Source of the DNA: Raillietiella orientalis
Taxonomy: Eukaryota
NCBI GenBank assembly: GCA_036172245.1
Contig: JAYWIR010000024.1
Location: forward strand, 2,418,001 to 2,482,000
DNA length: 64,000 bases
Direction of reading: 5' to 3'
A model generated the notes under the pieces. The model did not search any database. It saw only the letters and a program-made list of their open reading frames with translations, and was not told where the DNA came from. Below, in pieces: positions 1-11,638 of this stretch (position 1 is the first letter of the stretch; each line of letters begins with the position of its first letter). The position numbers were made by a program, and so were the translations under genes.

Positions 1-3000
1 CCGTGTTTACAAACCAGTTGACACAAATTGCATCGATTATTCCTCGTGATTCCTGTACCATTAATCCAGGCTATTATTTCTCGAAAACAAATGTTCCTGC
101 AAAGTCGAGTAAGAGCGTTGGCACTTCTGCAAACTTTTATACGCAAATCAAAATTGCAGACTCTTGAGAAACTTTTAAACAAAACTAGGGTAAGTGTTGC
201 CATGCATATTTTGTTAAACATAAATAACAAGCGTAAATACAGTATAATATAGATAGCTGTCGACATAGATAACTGTTAACACAGATAAGTATACAGCATT
301 TGTCTGTATCGTTTCTTGCAGAAATTTCACCAACTAATATTCCAACAAGTTAGCATGCATAACAATGCGTGACTACTAATGAAAAGTTGTCGATATTTTA
401 CTTGCATTTCGAATGCTTAGTGAGAGCAAAGATGTGTCAAAAGCAGCGAAGTTAGAGAAAGTCTATTGTACTTGTCACCAAAAGGATAAATGATTCTCGA
501 GAATGCACGAAATTGACTATAAAATACAACGAAATGAGCAAACCATTTATCGAAAGTTATTTATCGATAAGTTTGACTGAAAAGTTCCAGTGCACCTCTG
601 AAAGAACGAAATGAAAGTATGAATTGATAGAGTTGTTATCCAGAATTATTATTATACCTTTTCAAATAAAAGTTAGAATGTTAATAAAAATTAGAAAAGT
701 TACCCGATGCCTTTTCAAATGAAGTTAGAATTATTAATTCTCCCGTGGCAAAGTTTTAACCACAGAAATACATCGAAACCTATAGAAGCTAGATGTGAAA
801 AATTGAATAAATCCAGAACACTCTGAAGGATTTTTTATTCAGCAACAAATAAGATATTATCCTGATAATCACTGATAATGTAAGAAGCATGGAATTAATC
901 CACCATATAGCGATTGAGTAGGAATAGCTTTAAGTTGAAGACTTCAGAAGTCCTCATGTGGAAACGAAGTCATTGCAACGAAACTCTGAAGTTTCAAATA
1001 AACGTTAGGATATAGTGTACATCATTTGATGTTTACTTCTGTGCACACTGATATGGAATGGTTTTTAAGAAAACATCTTCACTCGGTACGAAACGGTCAC
1101 GAAATGTGATTACTATTGAGTTCCATTGCTGATTTCTGGTGTTGCGAAACTTAAAATTCCTCATTTATTCATTGAGACTATGATCCAGTTCTCTATGTGA
1201 TGGAAGCTATATGAATATCAGTTTCTGTTATATCTTTCATTCTCCGAATTAACTGAGAAAAACTCATTTGATGCTTCGGTTTAAAATATTAACGAGTAGG
1301 CAGCAGTAACTGTATCAGCTGGCTTTCAAAGTACATTTTGTTTTGAAGGATGCCTAGAAAGTCTTAATATCCAATTTACATCCAAAAAAAACTCATGTTT
1401 ATTCGAGAGGAAACCTTGTGTTTATTTGAATAATCAAGAAACATATATATTAATTTCAATATATTTATTTTATAGATATCTTTCAAAATAATTTCTCTTC
1501 ATCCTGGTTTCGAGGAAGTGGTAATTCATTGAAAACTAGAAACTGAACGAAAGAATAATTTTTTGACGACTAATGCAAAACAAACTAACAAAACTCTTCA
1601 TGTCAAAGAGCAAATTCAAAAGGTAGGATAGAATTCGTCTTTAAATTTTTACAGAGGCCATTAATTACTTGTCAAAGAGCTTTTGTGTTCAGAATAACGA
1701 TTTCCTATTTCAGCATCTCACAGATTTTTTATCGCTGAGTCATCCCTGGATCCATTCCACTCACGTGTGGTACTGTATCACAGCACCACTACTGGTTCCT
1801 TTTCTACTTGAATTTCTAAATTTTCTGAATTGTAGTACTTCTGTGGGGTCGGACTTTCGATTTCCTGTACAAAGTGAAAAATTCCCGGACTCTGGTAGAC
1901 ATCATACCTTAATGGAATTTGAAGATTATGGATAACAATTGCTTATCCACCTAGTAGGGGAATTCCGTTTTCTTTCGAAGGTTAGGTATAAGGTACATAG
2001 AGAGATCTTGATATTGAGTAGTAATTAAACAGCAATAAAACCAAGCAAAGATCCAAAAATCAAACCTTCAGTGGGATCCTAAGAGTTTGAAGATGATGTT
2101 AAAGGCAAGACGTACTCACAGAGAGACAGATTTATTAGGGAAAAGTTGGCTTCCGTTATTTCAATATAAAAATACCTTGGTTTAAACTCAGGATATAATT
2201 ATTCGAATTAGAATTTGAATATTAATATATCAGCGACACTTGCATATCCATTAAAAACATGAGCAAAGCCATGAGGTGATACCACGAACGTTGATGTACA
2301 TATTCTCTTGTCCTTGCATCTTTTCGTACGCAGTGATTTATTAACACCGTCACGTGTGCATGCAAACAGCTTTAGAAAAATGTATAGCTCTATCGCATTG
2401 ATGCTCCTCTATACCATTCTGGATATTGCTTTTGATGACTTTGCATACGGATTTCCTATTTTTTCCATTCCATCAATTTTGAGAACGCATACCCTGTGGG
2501 TCGGTTAACTAAAAATTTCGCTTCTTTTACCACTCGAGTGAAGTCTTTTTCAGTTGAATCCCACCATTCAGAATGAAAAGAAGAAGTCTTGCATAAGTCA
2601 TATGCATTAATTTCATGTCACATATATTTTCAAATGGTAATTACATTCTCGAAAAAAATTGTGTACTGACGGTTCCTTTACCTTTCCGATTACTTTGCAT
2701 TCAAGTGAGCAGTGTTTCGCTGTCTTCAGCGTATCTTTACTCAGTGTTGATCTCACTAGAATGCTTCTATCACTAATGAAATCTTTGGTATTGAAGCAAT
2801 GTGGACAGTGTCATCACTTATTATTCTGAAATTAAAGCAAAACCAAGATGGAAAGCCTCTGTATTATTATTATTAGTTTTTTTTTTTTTTTTTTGGGGGG
2901 GGGGCTTCCAAACAGTATTTGTGTTTTAGGGAAATCTTTGAGTTGCTAAGCGGATTCCTTATGAATGTATTTGAGGACTTGAGTTGGCACATCTTTCCAT

Positions 3001-4239
3001 ACTGACAAGCCTTCCCTGGACTAATTCAATTCCCATTATGAGCCTACCAGGCTAGACGCAGTGGTAGTTCACTCAGTATCTACCTTAAGAATGACCACAG
3101 TTCAAAGTTCACTACAACTCGAGCTTTTTTCTTAGCAATGGTCTCACTGTAAAGAGGTCCATTGAAGAATGAGCTTATCTGGAAAACCGCTGATAAGCAT
3201 AAATTCATCGTGTTCAAAGAATCGCAAGGAACCTTTGTTTTCTTTGAAAGTTTCAGGATCACCTGTAATTGAGAGGAAAACCACGAGCTGTCTGAGTCTT
3301 GGAAAGTCAAACTTTTGGAACAGCGAACTATCATCCGATGCAGGTTATTAACATTTGTATCCTAGAGAAAAAATGCTCTCCTTCATTCTATTCTTTTGCT
3401 TCCATCAATTCGATCCATCTTTACATTTTCACAAGAAGCATTTCATGTTTCTCTTAGTTGACCAATGTAATAATTTAGAAAAGGCTTCTCACCTCTAGCT
3501 AAACGTGATAGATGACAACCGAAACACACCATGACCATATCAGCAGCTTTTAATGGATCTCATGTTAACTTCTATAGAGATTCGATAAGCCGACCAATTG
3601 TTCAATAGACTGTTTTCTGGTTTAAGGAGCTCCTTCTACTTTACTTTCTTTTTGCTTTCATCATTTTACTGATTTTCATTTGATTCTTTGATTATTCATT
3701 ATGAGTAGCAGAAATAGCAGGAACCATAGATTTGCAGATTCTTAGGGTAGATAAGTTTCTTGGACCTTTGTATCTTTCGTGAAGTATTCAGTGCATACTC
3801 ATTAGATTTCCACGTTAAAAAAAAAAATCGGCACGATTTCGCAAATAATTCCTAATTAAAAGAACTACAAGAAAATTTGTTGGATTCTTTCTAAATGCCT
3901 ATGCTGTGAGCTCACGGGTCTAATGGTGAAAGTGAAAGCATCGACTCATCTAGACCCGAAGTTGAACTTCTCACTCAGTCAGGTACAGAAGTTTTTTTCC
4001 CGAGTCTCTAAAAACGGAAATCACGGGATGCGCGCGAAAGTTTCAAAAGAAAAATGCTCCTCTTGCCTGCCGTTTCATCACTAGAGCAGTCGCTAAATCC
4101 TTTCTTTGAAAAGACTGCAGCTAAAAAAAAAAAAAGGAAAGCTGCTATCTAGGTACACAGGATTGCAGGTAGGCGTGTTTTCCGGCGGAACCCCAGTCAG
4201 GAAGTTTCATGAAAAACTTGTTCCAGATTGAATTGAGCT

Positions 4240-4262
4240 GAGAGAGAGAGAGAGAGAGAGAG
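4240..4262. repeat. (GA)n microsatellite
   Basis: About 11 GA units seen directly. Confidence 0.95.
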
Positions 4263-4599
4263 GGAGTAGGGTTTCTGTGTATCCAGCTATGACATCGAAT
4301 GTACACCCTGATAGAATGATCACTTACTACCGCTAACGGAATCGCACCATGCACGTCAATGGAAGAGATACGACGATTAAGTAATCCAACTTTTCCAGGA
4401 AAGCCCCGCCCACTTCGAAATTATTTCGTTTCCTTTACTGTGCTTTCGCTCTTGAGATTTCGAGGTGTATGCAGCCCAGAATGATGATGGTGCCCGGATG
4501 CGAGGAGTGCATCCAGATTCCGACTGGGTTTACCAGTCCGCCTACGCTCTCTCCATTTTGCTAGTTTATTACTGCAGACTCTCAACCCATTCTCAGCCC

Positions 4600-4710
4600 A
4601 TTTATTATGGATGCAAGTACTCGCTCTGGTTAATTGCTGTCCTAAAAGCAGCAATAACGATTCCTTTAGATGGTCCTTATTCGGTTTTAGCGATTCGTCG
4701 AATGGAGCCA
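4600..4710 (+). mobile_element. Possible Gypsy integrase C-terminal (GPY/F) remnant
   Basis: CKYSLWLIAVLKAAITIPLDGPYSVL resembles the Gypsy consensus C.HVFxRxDAVRxPLQPPYDGPYxVL. No other LTR-element domains are seen. Confidence 0.25.
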
Positions 4711-5637
4711 TTCAAGAAGAATATAGAACACTTTCAGTAGGAGAAATAAGTGTGCTCACAGCACTACCCAGCTAGAAGAAGTCTTTCACTGTTTGTCTCA
4801 AAAACTCGCACGATCTTACCGAGAAACTTGACTTGCTTTTCCAGCAATTACAGATTTGAAAAGATGCAGAAAAAAATTTTTTTAATAACAAACTGTTTCC
4901 ATGCTATAATTCTACTGGTCAATGTTACAAGAGACGTTAGCTGCTCAAGATCCAGCGGATCTCCCGAACGGAGGGATCATTACGGATCAAAAATAAACAT
5001 GAGTCACGAGCCTGGAAGGAGTGTTTACGTATCTTGATCGAAGTGTTCCTTGGCAGTGAATCCAAAACCTTGCGAATCTGAGTTCACGTGTGAATAACGT
5101 TCATCCTCGACACGAATTGGAAGCAATCAAAAAGTCATAACCACCAAGAACGTGCTTTCTCTAGAAATAGATTTCTTATACCCGCTGCAGATTTGATGAA
5201 ATAGAGACAATGAGTTACGAATAGAGATGCAAAATAAATATTTATGAATAGGAATGTGAGTGGTATGGTCCAGCAACATATTGTAGCAGACCTATTTAGC
5301 TCAATAGTACTTTAGTTTGCCATCTGTTTTTTTTTTTTTTTTTCGTAAAATATCAAATCTAATGAGAATTTCATCAATAAAATCTTCAAATTCGATTTTA
5401 AAGCAATTTTTTTAGAGCAAAACGGTGATTAACTGGCCTACCAAAACAACCTCTGAAACTATGTCTTTGGAATGCAATGAAATGAATCTTATTGTTCTAC
5501 AGACAAAGAATGTACCCAATTTTCAGGATTCCACGGATGTAATTCACAGCATTCTTTCTTTTGAAGAACGTCTGGTCGTTTATGTATTTTAGGTGATGAC
5601 TGTGCAAAATTACGATTTGGAATTTGATTTTTTCCTG

Positions 5638-5922
5638 CTGTCGTAAAGGAAACTGCTGTTCTTCTCACATTTGGGGAGGGATCCCCTGGAGGGGGGGGAT
5701 CGCACCTCCAACCCTGGTTCTTTCCGACGGGGAACCCCGAAGGGAATCTCCTTCCTCATTCTCTCCGGATGGACGCCCCAGGAGGGGGGTGGTCCTCTCC
5801 ATTTCACCTTCTCCGAAGGGAACTCGGAAAGGATCCGCTAGTAGGAATTTCTTCCCTCAAGGGAACCGCTCCTGTTCACTCCTCTGAACAGAATCCCGAA
5901 AAGGGAAACTGTCATAAAGGAA
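5638..5922. other. GC-rich multi-hairpin insert flanked by a 14-bp direct repeat
   Basis: CTGTCGTAAAGGAA (5638-5651) and CTGTCATAAAGGAA (5909-5922) flank a ~257-nt island with several inverted repeats (see findings). Confidence 0.6.
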
Positions 5923-6128
5923 GTTTATGTTACTTTATGAAGTGAAAACATTTGCAGTTGTGAAAAAAATTAAAAAGAATTATTTTTTGGATGAAAAAAG
6001 TGAGCAGATTGACACATTTCTTTTCTTTTCTTGTGCTAATTGCTTGGATGTTATCATGACCTCGATTGTTTTTTTTAGAATTTGTTTTCTTGGTTTGTTT
6101 TCCACATACTATTAATGTTTCCTTCATA

Positions 6129-6153
6129 GCCTTCTGGCTAAGATCAAAGTAGT
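6129..6153 (+). pseudogene. Short U2 snRNA 5' fragment
   Basis: GCCTTCTGGCTAAGATCAAAGT-AGT versus invertebrate U2 GCCTTATGGCTAAGATCAAAGTGTAGT (U2 sequence recalled from memory). No Sm site or 3' domain follows. Confidence 0.55.
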
Positions 6154-6983
6154 GCTACGAGATTGCAACTTCAGTCCTTCAGCTTCGTTTTAAACTCACA
6201 AAATCCCACAATACATTACCAAACTGCATATTACTCATTTCTTGGTATTTGTACATTGGTATCAGCGTTTTCTTTTGCTGTTGTAGCTATCAGAGACTAT
6301 TATGCTTAAACCATTTTCCATTTAATCCGAATTCAGAATAAGTGTTATACCACATGATATGTGTGGTATGTTGAAGTTCACCTGTGTAAGGTGTAAACAG
6401 AATACCAGCGATTTCAACATACTTCTTTAAGGCAATTCAAAAGAGAATTCAAAATAATTTTTAAAAAAGATATACAAAAACAGTACAAAGGTAACAGGTG
6501 GCAGGCATTATTTTTGATATTTTTTTTCAAATCATTGATCCTTGATTGGCCCTGAACTTAAATGAAAAGACAGTCACAGAAAGAGAAAGATGCTTTCTCG
6601 TCATGTTTGAAATCGTTAGCAGAGACGAATACAAATATTACGATGAAGTTACGTGATTTGCATCAGTCAAAACAGGGCTTGTTTCGAAAATGCGTACCTG
6701 CTTTTCTCAAAGTGACAGAAATTCCTGCAAGTACATGCATCTTGCTATACTCAGTAGCCATTCGATGTAAGTAGATGACGTCGGGACTCCTTCTTTATTC
6801 AAAGGAATGTAGAAAAGAAAATTTTGTGTTTCTAATTACTTAGGAAAGTTTATTTTTGAAAATTTGAAATAGCAATGAATTTCCTAAGTTTGCTGAGCTC
6901 TTTTTAAGTACAAAATGTGTTCCTTATGCAACTTTAGATGCCTTTCACTAGAGTCTAGCAACGTAAACTTAAGTCTCAATGAT

Positions 6984-7036
6984 AGAGATAGCTTAACCTA
7001 GCTGAAAAGAGAGAGATAGCTTAACCTAGCTGAAAA
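6984..7036. repeat. Tandem duplication, period 28 bp
   Basis: AGAGATAGCTTAACCTAGCTGAAAA occurs twice in tandem. Confidence 0.9.
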
Positions 7037-8226
7037 TGTCAAAGATTCATTATGCCCGAATAAAATATTGCAACTATTTGCATAAAAAGGAATTGCAGTT
7101 CAAGAAATGAGACTTTTGAATACGCACATAATAAAGCAACTTGAAAGAACTTGATTAGTTGGTGAATTATATGAAAGGGCTTGGTTCACATCCTCGAACT
7201 GTGTGCTAAGAATAATGACAGAATAACAGCGCTTGCACAGCTTTCAAGGTGCTCAGGAAAATGTCTATTTACTTGGATAAGTTAGATGCTGTTTAACACA
7301 GTCTATGTATTAGATTTTAGAAAAACAGTGTCGTTAACCCATGCAACTCCTATCAAAATTAGTTATAGCGAATTTCAAAACTTGCAAACATCCTTCACCG
7401 ATCTCGGAAGCGCAGTATACTGTACATCATCTTTCTCACGAGAGGAGTTTTGTAAAAATTTCAAATGCAGTAGTCTTCGATGCAAATATACTAATGCAGA
7501 CGTGTCTTCCCAACTGAATGACATCACCAGCAATGAAAAGCGTTAATTACCACAGAAATGTAACCCAACTAACTGCCTTGTCGTACTGATATTTTTACAT
7601 CTGTTCCAAGACTTTTCTTGGCAAAGGCGGCATGAGTATTTGGTATGACTGCTTGAAACCTGCAACCCAATAGGCAACCACTATGGAATCGCGGCTTCAA
7701 GTTGGATGGGCGTAGCGAAAGTCGTGCTGGTAGCGAAGCTTGGCGGGAATGGTGGGTGCTTGTGGAGTGAAAGTGATGAAACTGAAAATCATTTTTCGTG
7801 ATCCACGCAGGGTTTTTTTTTTTGTTTTGTCAGGAGCAAATGGAGAATAGAAAACATTGATACCTTCAAAGGACGATATCACAATCAATTTAAGTGCTTG
7901 GAGTTGCAATGGAAGTTATGAGTACTTAATGTTTGATTCAGCCGTGCCTTGTATTTATTATTTGTACCAACATTCCAAAAATCATCAGTGAACAATACAG
8001 TGAAGAATTGCGACGAGATCTTTAAAACTGAAAGTTAACTCATTAGATGTGTTCTGATCTTTAGCGAATGCTTCGAGGCAATACATGAAAGGGTAAGTTC
8101 ATCACGCGTATGATAATGGAGATGTTGCCACCATCAAGTTTTTTTAGTGTCGCGTCTTAGGGTGATTCTAGCTGGTTTCACATATTCAGCAAAACCCTTT
8201 ATTTATAAGAACTAAGGATCCCGAGG

Positions 8227-11200
8227 ATGAATTCGGAAAAGGAACTAGATTGTTCAAATGCAAATAGGGGTGTTTGGCTGGTTAAGGTAGGTGAAAATTT
8301 TTATAAAGTGATCAAGCAAGTTTTAGGTTCCCAAATATATTTCGCAAAGATGGGACAAGATACCCGGAAATGTTGAAGTAGGACGTTTGAAAATCAACAA
8401 GTATGGTTATCGATTTACAAAAATAATTGCATGATGGAATTCATTGTGTGGTGTCTTGAGAACTTTCTTTGCTAGTGCTAGTGATTTTACGGCAACATGA
8501 GGCGTAGGAATTAAATTTTAACGATTCATCCGGCTGTGTTTGGTTTAAAATTGTCATGGATGAGTGTTTTGAAACACTGATGGGATTGTGAAATTTCATA
8601 TGTTTGATATCAGAAAAGTATTTAAGATTGATATTGAAATCTGAATGATTGTATGCAGTAATTATGGAATTTGCGGGAAAAAAATATGCAAACCAGAAAG
8701 CATGTGTGTGTGCATCTGCAGCATGTTTAGCAATGTTTAGCAAGATTGATTACATGGTAGATTTATATTACATGAGCACAACGAATAGACAGTTGAATAG
8801 ACAAACAGACAGTATTCTTTCATCTTTGTGTCCTGATGCTTCATTGGTTGAAATTCGATTGCCTATTTTCATTCCATGGTTTTCCTTTTGAGGGTTTCAA
8901 ATTTTCATTTCCCATCATTTTTTATTCTGTTTAGCCTTTTCTATTTTTCATTAAATGTCTTTAATTCAATATGCCAGCATCCAGATTCATGTTTGAATTG
9001 AGTATGCACCTTCGTTTGGAATGCTGTAGGATTTCATTTTATTCAGTATCAGTAAACATCAAAAGACTTTTTGATGCTATATAACTGCATATGAAAATTT
9101 TTACAGAAGCTATTAAAATGCTCTCTGTTATGCTTTATTGTTTGTACCTTTGCAGAGTATGTTCTTGAATTGAAAACAGCAATGTATCCTTTTTTTTGCC
9201 ATGGATGTAATTGTACAGTAAAGTTGTGTTTGTATCCTGATGTTCATGCATGATAACTTTACATTGGTGGTTATCTTGCATGTGGTTAGAAATATTTTGT
9301 ATGGTAGTAAGCTTGAACGATCAAGTGAGATTATACAATAAAGAAAAGAAAAGTTTTATTTCATTAAAGCCTTGCTGATAACCAAAGTAATTTTATAAGA
9401 ATGGATTTCTTTTGCAAACTGATATGAGTTATTTTATTGGAAAAGACAACTCAGAAGCCAAAGTACACAATGACAGCTTTTTTATAATTGTCTGGTCATC
9501 TTCACAGAAAGCACCTTAAAGAACAGCACTTCTGATTTTCAAATTCCTTTATTGCAGCATGAATTCATGTTTAGCTTTCATGTCAGTTTTTTCTAAGAAC
9601 TTTCAAAGCATTGATGCAACTCAGATGCATCCTTGTATATTTAGACTCTAAGCTTGTATTACAATCAGCCTAGAAAACTTTAAATCTTTTTGGGGGAGAA
9701 TGAAAAAGTTACTGCCAAGGTCACTGAAGTATTCTTCCTTGTATTTGGGACTACAGAATCTACATTTCAAGTCTTAAGTTTGTCTTGTGCTCACCTTATC
9801 CATATTCATCCAGAGTATGTATTGTAATTAGTGATTTTCGGATTCCATGCTGAAATTGAATTTTTTTTCTTTTCACATGCCAAGTGCAAATTGTTGATGT
9901 ATGACAATTCTAATTTTAAAAGAAATGAATAAATGTCAACAAAAGATAACCACCTTGATATGCTAAGAGTCTGCAGAATTTTTGGAAATGTATGGAGAGT
10001 GAAAGGTTAAGTAATATTTACAAAGTCTAAGGAACTTGAAGAAAAAAAAAATTGTTCCACAGGAGGATTCAAAAATGATTATATGGAACGAGTTTGCTCA
10101 TGTTTTGTTTTTTAAATTTGGATGGATGTCATTAAACTTGTGTGATCGGTATTGTGGAAGCATTGATTTTGTTTCCTTGATACAGTAATAATTTGACAGA
10201 TAGAGCTGAGAATTTAGAAATACATTTTGCAATCAGAACGTTTTAGAGCATTTAAGTGTGTGAAAAAGGCATTTAGGATCATGACAAAGAGGAAAAAAAC
10301 TGTGCTGAAAAGAAATGAAGAATTAAAAAAAAATTGAGACAAACCACCATTTAAGAAATGATTTAAGAAAAACTGATTAAAAAGTTCATGTGATGTTGAG
10401 GGGGAAAAAATTTTTTTTACAGTTTCAATATTTGAAGCTTTTAAGTTCACGCAAAATAGATTATTTTAGGTTTGAGATTTTTTTTTTTTTACAGGGGTTT
10501 TTCAACATATTCTTAGCATGTGTGTAGTTCATTTTATTGGTTTCAGATGATCTGGAGATGATAACAGCATTTTAAATATAAAGGCTAAAGTAATGTAATA
10601 ACAAAAAGACAAGCAGCGTAAAGGTCAGTTGTTGTAGCATTCAATTTTATTGTTTTAGGGTTAGAGGTTTAGGAAGGGTTATTGGTTCAAAAATCTAAAC
10701 AAAAGGATGATTTTTTTTTTTTTTTTTTTTTTTTTTCATTCAGTAAGTAGCATACTTAATCTGATGGTGGTACATTATGCATCTGATAAGGTGCATTGTG
10801 TTTGATTTTATTTTGATAGTGATAAGGCTCATAATGTATTTGATTTTTCACAAAGGTAAACATTTGGAAATTAATACTTTTTCAGGCTCCCAGGAATGAA
10901 GAAAGCACAGGTTATGTGCACTTTATCTGATGCAGTGGTACAAGAAAATGGTACAAATCTAATTCCCAAACAACATCGATTTGTTGTTAGAACAGTTGCC
11001 CAAACGTTTGGAATTTTCTCACAGAGCACATGTGAATATGAGACATTTTAGCAATAATGAAAATTATATAGCTGTGTAGCAGAGTCCAGTACAGAAAGTG
11101 CTCATCTATGCCTGGAAGGTAAAGTAGTACAGCGTGCAGAGTGTCAGCCAGAAGCAGATGTTGGTTATCTTCAGTTAAAGCGAGAACAGATTTTAAGAGC

Positions 11201-11638
11201 ATCTCAACCACTTAGAACCATTAAGCAGCTTGATAGATTAGTTCAGAATTATAAGCCTGTGTCAGATCACAAGCATAATGTATGTCGGAATTGTAAAGTG
11301 TGGCTGATTTTTATGTGTGTGTGTAGATTCAGTATGAAGAGAAGAAGAAAAATGAAGGGAAAAAAGCCCGTGAGGATAAGGAGAAGGTAATGGATATGTT
11401 GTTTGCAGCATTTGAGAAACATCAGTATTACAACATCAAGGATTTAGTGCATATTACAAAGCAACCAGTGGTAAGTTGAAGTTGTAAAACTCCCATGTGT
11501 TCACATTTATTCTAGACATATGTTAAAGAGATCCTCAAGGAAGTGTGTAATTATAATTTGAAAAACCCCCACAAAAATATGTGGGAACTAAAGCCAGAGT
11601 ATCGCCATTATAAAGAACATGATGCTTCAAAAGAATAA
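8227..11638 (+). CDS. GTF2F2: General transcription factor IIF subunit 2 (TFIIF beta/RAP30), 6 coding exons: 8227-8286, 8327-8400, 10886-11031, 11080-11279, 11327-11470, 11516-11638
   Basis: Manual splicing over GT-AG introns gives MNSEKELDCSNANRGVWLVK|VPKYISQRW...LEGKVVQRAECQP...NYKPVSDHKHN|IQYEEKKKNEGKKAREDKEKVMDMLFAAFEKHQYYNIKDLVHITKQPV|TYVKEILKEV...NPHKNMWELKPEYRHY, ending in TAA at 11636-11638. These match the RAP30 motifs GVWLVKVPKY, FEKHQYYN and WELKPEYRHY. Confidence 0.95.

Noticed and set aside
562..569. DRE motif TATCGATA (also near 34337 and 48334)
   Set aside because: None lies at an identified gene start, and the motif is expected by chance in AT-rich DNA.
1..3700. Scattered LINE-like words (KYLG near 2170 and LDIAFD near 2420 on +; NWSAYR and SWFSSQL on -)
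   Set aside because: The motifs are on both strands and out of order, so they cannot support a specific element.
7590..7790. GC-richer exon-like block upstream of GTF2F2 on the minus strand
   Set aside because: No recognisable protein in any frame. It might be a UTR or non-coding exon of a divergent transcript, but nothing supports that.
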